A stretch of DNA of 64,000 nt from Eledone cirrhosa. Lineage: Eukaryota. Each line of letters begins with the position of its first letter. Positions within the stretch are counted from its first letter, which is position 1. The translations under genes were made by a program, and so were the position numbers. The notes under the pieces were generated by a model that worked only from the letters and a program-made list of their open reading frames with translations, was not told the DNA's origin and did not search any database. Location: assembly GCA_964016885.1 (NCBI GenBank), contig OZ024741.1, positions 47,306,001-47,370,000 of the forward strand. The letters run 5' to 3'. This document shows, one piece after another, positions 1 through 10,481 of this stretch.

Positions 1-108
1 GGCCCGGATTTGTGGGGTGGTTGTAGTCCGCCCCGGGAGATCCATCGTGGGGTGGTCGCCCGTTTCCTCCCCCCCACACGTGTCCTGCGGTTGGGGTCGT
101 CCGTCCTG

Positions 109-498
109 GCACAGGCATTGCACGATTGCATTAATAATTATTAATTAATGCAATCGTGCAATGCCTGTGCGTGACGAATATTTTTAAAGTGAGGAAAGAC
201 TGTGCACTGAGCCAATCCCACTCTGAGCGACAGTAGCTATAACCCGAAAAGAAGAAAAGATCAACATCATCGGTAACTACTGAGCCGCAGGTTTTATGTC
301 GGAGTTAACCCAGTTTTCTGAGATGTTTTCTCCTAGAAGAATGCCCTGACAAGGGCTAGGGGTCCTTCACTCCCAGTGGTTTAACTGCGCGATCGGGCAT
401 CCAGCCCGATTATTTCTGTCCTACGAAAAAAAACCCCCCAAAACTCACTTATTGACACTTATACGTACGACATACACACACACACGCTACTCACTTAT

Positions 499-562
<64 letters not shown>

Positions 563-1713
563 GATATTAAACAAATGGAAACTATATTTATAAAACCATA
601 TTTATTTCATTATACATATTTCGGGGATACCATATTAAAAATATGGCATGCCTTCTTCAGATAAAATACAATATATAAACAGTTTTATAAATAATTTTGA
701 CGTACCATAAATATTGATCAACTTTTATGTAAGAAGTTGGTTTGGTAGTGAAATGTTTATAAATATTTAGTGTTAAGCACAGTTAAAAAAAAATAAAAAT
801 AAAAAAATAAAAAGACGGAGAGAAAGAAGAAATATATGTAAAGAAAAACAGAGAGAAATAGAGAGAGATAGGGGAGAGAGAAATAGTGAGGAGGTGAAAA
901 AAGAGAGGCAGCTGAGGCAACAGATGAATAATAATAATTCATCATACAAATTGAGAGATTTAGGAGCGAGGGAGTACTGTACTTATTTAGTTATAGTGTT
1001 AAGGAGACGGAGAGAAATAAAAAATGAAGAGAAAACAGAGAGAGAGAGAGAAAGATAGAGGTGGGGGGAAAAAAGAGGTAGACCAAATAATAATAATTAT
1101 TATATATGGGGAGGTGAGAGAAATAGGAGAGAAGTAAGAGAGAAAACAAGAGCGAAACTCGAGAGGCAAAGTTAAAATAACCGATACTTAGACTTCATCA
1201 AATATAAAGAGGGAGGAGAAGAAAGAGCTATATCTAGAGAGAGGGATGATAGATTTACATCTTTACGTTATGTCCTATCAATTTGAATTATCAATTCATA
1301 TGAATTGGGTATTATAATGTAAATATCAATATTCATGAATGAGACATAGATATATAATGTGTGAAAAATAATGACCATATGTTTAGTTTAAAATTCTGAG
1401 GTCGATGTACCAAAAACTGAGATAAAACTTCAAAAAATACGGAAATATATAAGTATATATGTACTTTCCGGAAAAGGGAAGAAAGAGAAAAAGAGAAGGT
1501 CATCTCAAGCTCTAGTTGATACTATAGACATACCCATGATCTTACGTGATCAACTCTGTAATTTCACTATCAGGCTTACTCTGGCAACTTAAACATGATA
1601 ACGTTGGGTATTCGATGTTTTGGAATATTGTCTCAAGTGGGATTCCTTTTAATTCCTCATCTGAGACATGTGACCTCTGTGTGGAGGAGATATTCTTTAT
1701 ATTAAAATCTAAA
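109..1713. repeat. Left arm of a ~1.6-kb near-perfect inverted duplication (partner 3156-4774)
   Basis: Reverse-complement identity along the whole arm; ORF 757..945(-) is identical to 3924..4112(+) (coordinate sum 4869). Visible differences are (TA)n length and one SNP (ctcaagtggga vs ctcaagaggga). Confidence 0.95.
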
Positions 1714-1803
1714 AATTCCCTTAATTTAAGGAGCAATTTATTCAGTTGCTGCAGACATAGATTGAACTCAACGTTTAAATATAAATATAAATTTAAAAGG
1801 TAG
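1546..1803 (+). mobile_element. Penelope-like element GIY-YIG endonuclease C-terminal fragment (Neptune-like); partial inverted copy at 3156-3323
   Basis: LSGLLWQLKH..YSMFWNIV..PFNSSSETCDLCVEEIFFIL..LNLRSNLFSCCRH matches the PLE endonuclease tail pattern LS..IW.LK..W.I..CxLC..E..LN.RSE....CRH. Confidence 0.75.
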
Positions 1804-2508
1804 TATAATTAGTTAAGATATTTAATTAATGTATGAAACCTGACGATAAATCTTTCGATTCCTTCAACTTTTTCTTTTAAACCTTCTTCATAAATATATA
1901 CTAATGATGTAATTAAACTACCCTAAAATGTAGATGCTCCCAATCTATTGAATAAATTTTACGCTAGATAAACTTCTATACTAAATATAAGAGCATCTGT
2001 AGAACAACAGGGTCTCCTAAATCTTTAAAATGATTTCTGCTAAATAAGTTTTGTTGAATAATTTTTGGTTTTTTGTTTGCTTTTTGATTCTGATTGCTTC
2101 TAATGAACTTGGCAATATATTGTCAGATAAATTGGAAGGGTAGATTTCTGTGGTTGATATGGGGTGCATACTGTGTTTTTTACGGCCCGAGATACTCTAG
2201 GGAGTGATGAAAATATTTTTAACGTTTTGATATCTCTGTGCTGATATATTAATATCTGGTTGTCTCTGTACAAAGGCCATACATATTAATATGAATATGG
2301 AATGATTACAGAGTATATTTTATTTTATCTGTCCATGTACATATATGTGTGCATACATATATATATATATATATGTAGATAAATCTACCAAGAGTTTACG
2401 GTAGTGTCCAATCCGTATGAAGAACTCAATGTAATCCGGATATCATGGAAAGAAGAGATGTAATGAAAAATCACTTTCGGTGAAAGATAAACGGTATACA
2501 GAGTCAAA

Positions 2509-2928
2509 ATAAAATATTAAACAAATAATGAATAAACAATGAAACAGTTCCTTATATTAAACAAAAAAAGTTCATTATTTAACGATCGTTTCTAGGATAT
2601 ATATGTGTTAGAATTGGCATGCATATTCAACAGATCTATGTACAAAATTATACAAAATTATACAAACTATCAAGATTAAATATACATACCAACACATATA
2701 TACGCCGTCTTCAGAAATATTTCTGAAGACGGCGTATATATGTGTTGGTATGTATATTTAATCTTGATAGTTTGTATAATTTTGTATAATTTTGTACATA
2801 GATCTGTTGAATATGCATGCCAATTCTAACACATATATATCCTAGAAACGATCGTTAAATAATGAACTTTTTTTGTTTAATATAAGGAACTGTTTCATTG
2901 TTTATTCATTATTTGTTTAATATTTTAT
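2509..2928. repeat. Perfect 420-bp palindrome (210-bp arms, no spacer, centre 2718/2719)
   Basis: ..cgtcttcagaaat|atttctgaagacg..; symmetry followed out to 2509/2928. Confidence 0.95.
2718..2861 (+). ncRNA. Type I hammerhead ribozyme motif with long stem II (mirror copy on the - strand, 2576-2719)
   Basis: tattt-CTGAAGA-[stem II: tatatatgtgttgg/ctaacacatatata and ggtatgtatatttaa/ttgaatatgcatgcc]-GAAA-C-gatc-G-TT-aaata. Stem I is tattt/aaata, loop III is the palindrome GATC, cleavage triplet GUU. Confidence 0.65.
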
Positions 2929-3155
2929 ATATATATATATGTATGTGTGGGTATAGCTCTGGATATGTTACAGATATGCATAATATTCTATACATGAACG
3001 ATAATCATGTATGTGAGGGCAGGAGTATTAATATATATTTTGTATGTATATATATTTTTTTTATGTATATATATATATAGTAAAATCTTTTATAACACAA
3101 GGGAAACATTTTTTTTATGTGAAACAAGAAATTACAGAGTTGATCACGTAAGATC

Positions 3156-4306
3156 TTTAGATTTTAATATAAAGAATATCTCCTCCACACAGAGGTCACA
3201 TGTCTCAGATGAGGAATTAAAAGGAATCCCTCTTGAGACAATATTCCAAAACATCGAATACCCAACGTTATCATGTTTAAGTTGCCAGAGTAAGCCTGAT
3301 AGTGAAATTACAGAGTTGATCACGTAAGATCATGGGTATGTCTATAGTATCAACTAGAGCTTGAGATGACCTTCTCTTTTTCTCTTTCTTCCCTTTTCCG
3401 GAAAGTACATATATACTTATATATTTCCGTATTTTTTGAAGTTTTATCTCAGTTTTTGGTACATCGACCTCAGAATTTTAAACTAAACATATGGTCATTA
3501 TTTTTCACACATTATATATCTATGTCTCATTCATGAATATTGATATTTACATTATAATACCCAATTCATATGAATTGATAATTCAAATTGATAGGACATA
3601 ACGTAAAGATGTAAATCTATCATCCCTCTCTCTAGATATAGCTCTTTCTTCTCCTCCCTCTTTATATTTGATGAAGTCTAAGTATCGGTTATTTTAACTT
3701 TGCCTCTCGAGTTTCGCTCTTGTTTTCTCTCTTACTTCTCTCCTATTTCTCTCACCTCCCCATATATAATAATTATTATTATTTGGTCTACCTCTTTTTT
3801 CCCCCCACCTCTATCTTTCTCTCTCTCTCTCTGTTTTCTCTTCATTTTTTATTTCTCTCCGTCTCCTTAACACTATAACTAAATAAGTACAGTACTCCCT
3901 CGCTCCTAAATCTCTCAATTTGTATGATGAATTATTATTATTCATCTGTTGCCTCAGCTGCCTCTCTTTTTTCACCTCCTCACTATTTCTCTCTCCCCTA
4001 TCTCTCTCTATTTCTCTCTGTTTTTCTTTACATATATTTCTTCTTTCTCTCCGTCTTTTTATTTTTTTATTTTTATTTTTTTTTAACTGTGCTTAACACT
4101 AAATATTTATAAACATTTCACTACCAAACCAACTTCTTACATAAAAGTTGATCAATATTTATGGTACGTCAAAATTATTTATAAAACTGTTTATATATTG
4201 TATTTTATCTGAAGAAGGCATGCCATATTTTTAATATGGTATCCCCGAAATATGTATAATGAAATAAATATGGTTTTATAAATATAGTTTCCATTTGTTT
4301 AATATC

Positions 4307-4384
<78 letters not shown>

Positions 4385-4774
4385 ATAAGTGAGTAGCGTG
4401 TGTGTGTGTATGTCGTACGTATAAGTGTCAATAAGTGAGTTTTGGGGGGTTTTTTTTCGTAGGACAGAAATAATCGGGCTGGATGCCCGATCGCGCAGTT
4501 AAACCACTGGGAGTGAAGGACCCCTAGCCCTTGTCAGGGCATTCTTCTAGGAGAAAACATCTCAGAAAACTGGGTTAACTCCGACATAAAACCTGCGGCT
4601 CAGTAGTTACCGATGATGTTGATCTTTTCTTCTTTTCGGGTTATAGCTACTGTCGCTCAGAGTGGGATTGGCTCAGTGCACAGTCTTTCCTCACTTTAAA
4701 AATATTCGTCACGCACAGGCATTGCACGATTGCATTAATTAATAATTATTAATGCAATCGTGCAATGCCTGTGC
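3156..4774. repeat. Right arm of the ~1.6-kb inverted duplication (partner 109-1713)
   Basis: tttagattttaatat at 3156 is the reverse complement of atattaaaatctaaa ending at 1713; the match continues to gcctgtgc at 4774. Confidence 0.95.
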
Positions 4775-4911
4775 GTGACGAATATTTTTAAAGTGAGGAA
4801 AGACTGTGCACTGAGCCAATCCCACTCTCTGAGCGACAGTAGCTATAACCCGAAAAGAAGAAAAGATCAACATCACCGGTAACTAGTGAGCCGCAGGTTT
4901 TATGTCGGAGT
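4578..4911. repeat. ~334-bp hairpin (about 163-bp arms, 8-nt AT loop); its 62-bp core also occurs at 109-170
   Basis: actccgacataaaacc...gcacaggcattgcacgattgcattaat / attaatgcaatcgtgcaatgcctgtgc...ggttttatgtcggagt, with a few mismatches in the outer arm. Confidence 0.9.
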
Positions 4912-4936
4912 GTATTATTATTATTATTATTATTAT

Positions 4937-6427
4937 ATGCCGTCCGACAGCGTCGTGGGGCGTTGGACGGTCGGACCGGTTAAATTGCTCGGCTTTGGTT
5001 CGGACCGGACCTCCAGATGGAGAAAAACTGGATCGAGGTAACGAGCAAGGTGGCCTCACTCACCCAGAAATGGGCCGAGAGGAAGCTGTCCCTGAAAGGC
5101 CGGGCGGAGGTGGCGAATGCGTACATCGCATCCGTCATCTGCTACCGCCTCACCGTCGAGCCTTGCCCCGGCCCAACTCTCACCAAAACGGAGCACCTCC
5201 TCTTCCGCTTTTTGTGGAAGGGACGCGCTCCCATGGTCTGACGATCCATCTGCTGTCAACACCCGTTGCGTGGAGGACTAGGCATGCCATGCCTGATGAT
5301 GCGCAAACATGCGCTGAGGCTGCGACATCTCTGGTGCTTCCTTGACGGTGAACAGGTGTGGTCGCCGTTCGCCAGGCACGTTTTCCCACAGCTCGTCTCC
5401 TTGACGGAGCTGCAGTCCTGGGTCAGAAAAAACCGAGGGGTAGCGCTTGGAAACTGGAATGTCTCCAGGCGCTCACTACCCTCTGCCAGCTGGGCACCAG
5501 TATCGGTGGAACATCCACATCGGCGTTCTATAGAGGACTAGTGGAGGGGAAGAGCGACGACGTTCTCGGAGAGATCCTGGGCGTCGAAGAATATCAGCTG
5601 TTTGCTCTCTTCCGGAGAACTTTCAGCCCGGGGCCTATGGATAACTTCCAAAAATCCCTAGCCTGGGAGTGCTAGCAGGGAGCGCTGCCAGTTCGAGATA
5701 AGATCTACAGGCACGGAAGTACCGTCAACCGAGCCTGTCCGAGATGCGCGCAGAGCGACGAAACCGTCGTACACGCACTCGTTCAGTGCCCAAACATTGC
5801 TGACTTGTGGAGCTATGTCGAACAGTTGCTGTCACGTGTAGGACTGATCCGGTTATCGACTGAGTCCATTGTGCAGATGGTCTCGCCGTCTTCCTTCGAG
5901 GAGGAAGGGCAGGCGGTTTTCATCTGCCTGGTGGCCATGGCGAAAGAGATTGTGTGGTGGACAAGGTTGAAAGGGTTTAACTTTTTCAAGTTTCACTTCA
6001 AGAGGAAAATCAGGGTGGAGAGGCAAGTGCTGCTTTCTAGCAAGTTTGTTGAAAGGTGGGTGAATGTAGTGAGAATGGTCCGAGTGAACGGGACCGCTCT
6101 GAATATACGTCTGTAATTTGAGAGATGGAAAAATTGAGAGAGGGCGCTTGCCCTGGTGGTCAGGGTAGCCGTGGTCTTTTGTGTGGTTTTCGCCACGAGT
6201 AACCCTCGGAGGTTTCCCCCCTATTGGGGAATTTTTCATTGTTTCAATTTTCATTTTTATTGTTTATATATATATATGTTTCTATGTCTCTTTTTCTTTT
6301 CTTATATAAATAATAAAAATATTTACACGCACAAAACCCACATCGTACCGTCCTGTGCCGTCTGTAATGTTTTTCTTGATGTCAGCCCTTGTGGCCAATA
6401 AAGAAATCATTATTATTATTATTATTA
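4937..6427 (+). mobile_element. 5'-truncated Tx1/L1-clade LINE (end of RT plus C-terminal Cys/His domain), degenerate
   Basis: LSLKGRAEVANAYIASVICYRL and CPRCAQSDETVVHALVQCP; homologous to 14871-16383; ends gcccttgtggccaataaa followed by (TTA)n. Confidence 0.9.
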
Positions 6428-6455
6428 CTTTTTTTTCTTTTTTTCCCCCAATTCA

Positions 6456-9400
6456 ATGATGTTCCAGAACAATATAAAAGAGATAATTGGCAATTTAGGT
6501 TCTGGAACAAAAAAGATAATTGGCAATAAGGGCAGGGGCCCCAGGTTATCACAGCCTGAGCCCGCTCGTCATCGTGCCATAGTAATAGAGCCAAACAAGG
6601 CATTTAGTCTTGGCTGCTGGAACGTACGGACGCTGTTTGACAGGGATTCCTTGGAGCGTCCTGAACGAAGGACCGCTCTTGTTGCAAAGGAGCTTCGACG
6701 TTACGATCTTGACATCGTGGCTTTATCTGAGACGAGGTTAGCTGAAGATGGTCATCTTACAGAATTTTGTGGAGAATATACATTCTTCTGGAAAGGAAGA
6801 GATTGAGGAACCAGAAGAGAGGCTGGGGTAGCATTTGCTGTTAAGACTGTTCTTGTGAATAAATTAGAAGAATTCCCAGTAGGGATTAGTGAGCGTCTTA
6901 TGTCCATGAGAGTTCCGCTGGACAAAGGAAGATATGCTACCCTGGTGAGTATGTATGCTCTAACTATGAATTCTGTCGATGAAGAAAAAGTGTCCTTTTA
7001 CCATGCCTTGAAAGGTGTTTTAAGAAATATCCCTCAGGCAGACAAAGTCATCGTGCTTGGTGACTTTAATGCTAGAGTGGGTAGGGATTTTAGCACATGG
7101 AATGTAATCGGAAGGCATGGGATGGGAAAGTGTAACAACAATGGTATGCTCCTGCTGCAGATGTGTGAGGAGCTGGATCTGTGTGTTACCAACACCATGT
7201 TCCAACAAAAGAACAAATTCAAGACCACATGGATGCATCCTGCATCTAAGGAATGGCATCTTTTGAACTACGTCCTAGTCAGGATGCGTGACAGACGTGA
7301 TGTGCAGTGTGTTCGTGCCCTTCGTGGAGCTGAGTGCTGGACGGACCACCGCCTGGTACGCGCAAAAGTGAAACTAATCACTAAACGTAATATCCGGGCT
7401 CCTGGTGTTGCCCTGCCCAGAAGATAGATTGAATGCTGCTCGTCTTAAGGATAAGAATGTGAAGAGGACATTGCAAGAAGAGATGCAGATTGCAGATCTT
7501 GGTGAGGATTGGCCGACCCTTAAAAAGTCTGTTTATGATGTAGGCAGGCTTGTTCTGGGATTGGTGCAGAGAAAACATCAGGACTGGTTTAATGAGAATG
7601 ATGTACATATAGAAGACTTGTTGGCTGATAAGAGGCGTGCTCTGTCACGCTACTTGACGGCAAAACAACAGGAGAAGAATAGGTTGCATGAGGAACTCAA
7701 GGATATAAAATCACGTGTTAGGCGGAGTCTTTCTCAGATGAAGGATCAGTGGTGGAGTGAGAAGGCTGATGAGATACAAAGCTGTTGTACAGTCTCTTGC
7801 GTGAAGTTTTATGGACCGTCTTCTTCTCTGTTGAAACCGCTTCGCAGCAAGGATGGCAAAGAACTTCTTCGTGACTCACAAGGAATTGTACGAAGGTGGC
7901 GAAAGCATTTTGATGATCTTTTGAATCAGCCGTCTGTCGTCAATGAAGATTTCCTCAATCTCATTACAGAAAGTCCTGTGAAAGTAGCTCTCGCAGAACC
8001 TCCGACGCTTGTGGAGGTTGCAGTGGCTATCTCGAAGCTGAACAGTGGAAGGTCTCCAGGTATGGATAGCATACATGCTGAGCTCCTACAATATGGTGGT
8101 GAGGGATTCCTGCAACATCTTCACTCTTTGTTTGGCAGGATATGGGCTAATGAATCCGTACCTGAGGACTGGAGAGATGCAGTAATGGTGGTCTTGTACA
8201 AGGGAAAGGGTAACAGGAATGATTGTGGGAACTACAGAGGTATATCATTGCTTTCTGTCGTAGGGAAAGTTTTATGTAGGGTGCTTCTGGACCGTCTGCT
8301 GACACACATTGCAGATTGTGTTCTTCCTGAAAGTCAATCTGGTTTTCGTGCTGGACGCGGCACTACTGATATGATCTTCTCAGCTAGAGAGCTCCAGGAG
8401 AAGTGCATGGAACAAGGTTTGGATCTGTATCAGGTTTTTGTCGATCTGACAAAAGCTTTCGATGTTGTTAACAGAAATGCATTATGGAAGGTTCTCCAGA
8501 AACTTGGTTGCCCTGATAAGTTCCTTGCTTTAGTTAGGTCTTTCCATGACGACATGAAGGCTTGGGTTAATGTCGGAGGTAACATGTCGGATCTCAGTAA
8601 AGAATGGAGTGAAATAGGGGGATATTCCAGCACCGACCCTGTTTGCCATATACTTTGCAATGGTTTTCTGTATTGCATTCAAGAATTGCGAGCATGGTGT
8701 TTACATCCGATATAGAACCTCAGACAGCATATTTAACATCAGGCGCTTTGCTGCAAAAACAAAAGTATTTACATCAATCATAAGAGACCTTTTGTATGCA
8801 GATGATTGCGATCTTGTAGCGCACAGAGAGAGTGATATGGAGCACATTTTGAATGCATTTTCTGATGTTTGCACTGCCCTAGGATTGACTGTCAGTCTCA
8901 AGGAAACCGTCGTCATGTACCAACCAGTCCCTGGTAAGCAGTACAGTGAACCAAATATCTATGTGTAAGGTAAACGACTTGGAGTGGTTGATCAGTTTGT
9001 CTACCTGGGAAGCACTGTCAATCGATACAGCAACCTTGATAGTGAAATCCTACTCAGGATTAGGAAAGCAAGTGATGCTTTCGGAAAACTAGAAAGGCGA
9101 CTCTGGGGTCGGCGAGACATATGCAAGAAAACAAAGGTAAAGGTGTACAAGGCATGTGTGCTCTCTTCTCTTCTTTATGCCTGCGAGACCTGGGTCACAT
9201 ATCGACACCACCTTAAGCAATTGGAGCATTTCCATCAGATGTGTCTCAGACGGATCCATGGCGTTCACTGGAGGGATCACATCAGTGATGTCGAGATTTT
9301 GGAAAGCTCTATGTGTGACAGTATAGAAGCTCTTGTGCTTAAGCAACGACTCCGTTGGAGTGGTCATCTTGCCAGGATGAAGGATTCTAGAATACCAAAA

Positions 9401-10362
9401 CAACTCTTTTATGGAGAGTTAGTTAAAGGAAAACGACCGCCACATAAACCAAAAAAGAGGTATAAGGATTCCTTGAAAGCCTCTTTGAAAGACGCTAACA
9501 TGTCTGCTGATACATGGGAAAATGTTGCTGCTGTAGTGACCTACATTCCGCGGGCTCACATACATTCTCTGTGCGTGATTTGGCTCAGCTCAGCCAATCA
9601 ACGCCAGTAGAAGAGGATGTATCCCTACGCGTCCTGAGGGAGAAATTCCCCGCGAAGATTTAAAGAATCTTCCTCTCGCACCAGGAACTTCGAACCAGCA
9701 ACATGTGACGGTGAGATTTTGCACCTTAGCCTGCCGGCTTTCCGGCGCAATCCCTTTTGTAACCTCATTTTATGTGTAACTTCAACCATACAAGTTAACC
9801 AACATTATTTGTGCTACAACAAAAATAAACATACATTTCATCTCTAATTCCTGCTGTTGACGTCATTATTATGTTACTCGTGTCTCAATAACATTTATAC
9901 ACCATGCTGCTAAACTGCTGATCGTAATAAATGGAGAAAGACTGTATATGAGGGAAAAGTCGCTTTTGAGGCATCTCGATCGCATACGAGAAAGTAAAGC
10001 GAGATATGAGGAAGGGCATTGCTGTTGCACTTCCAGACGGCGAAGGTCCTCCTATGGTGCTGACATGCAGCGTCTCTGCGAGACTCTGCCTAAGCAAAGC
10101 TGGACTCGAAAGTCATCTTCACAGTCATAAAGTAAGACCAGTGGTTTACTACCAGGCTGCTGTTGGAGATGCTACTCATCATGCTTGCCAAGCATGTGGT
10201 ATAGAATGTAAATCAGCAGGAGGGCTCAAACGACATGCAAAAGTACATGAACTCCAACCACAGCCGACTATTCCCAGTGAATGTTTTGGTTGGTGACTCT
10301 GTGCAAGATATTTTAGATCATTGGCTGGGCTAAAAAGCCACATTCGATCGCAGCGCTGTTAG
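6456..10362 (+). mobile_element. Near full-length RTE-clade (BovB-like) LINE: APE endonuclease, RT and C-terminal C2H2-like fingers; disrupted by stops, frameshifts and a solo LTR
   Basis: GCWNVRTL..RPERRTALVAKELRRYDLDIVALSETR, LGDFNARVG, WTDHRLV, NYRGISLLS, FVDLTKAFD, LYADD, LRWSGHLARM..RIPKQLFYGEL. Confidence 0.93.
9532..9914. mobile_element. Solo LTR (383 bp) inserted in the RTE LINE, 4-bp TSD ctgc
   Basis: Termini TGTAG...CTAAA; ctgc at 9528-9531 and 9915-9918; removing it restores the RTE frame WENVAADRNKWRKTV. Confidence 0.8.
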
Positions 10363-10481
10363 TTGCTATAGTGTGTGTGTGTATAGATATGTTTATGTGT
10401 GTGTGTGTATATATATATATATGTATATTATTATTGTTGTTGTTGTCGTTATTATTATTGTTGCTATTATTATTATTATTA

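Noticed and set aside
452-945. Short ORFs such as THTHTYIYIY and Phe/Leu-rich frames (also 16354-16790 and 19598-19863)
   Set aside because: Translations of microsatellites and low-complexity tracts, not genes.
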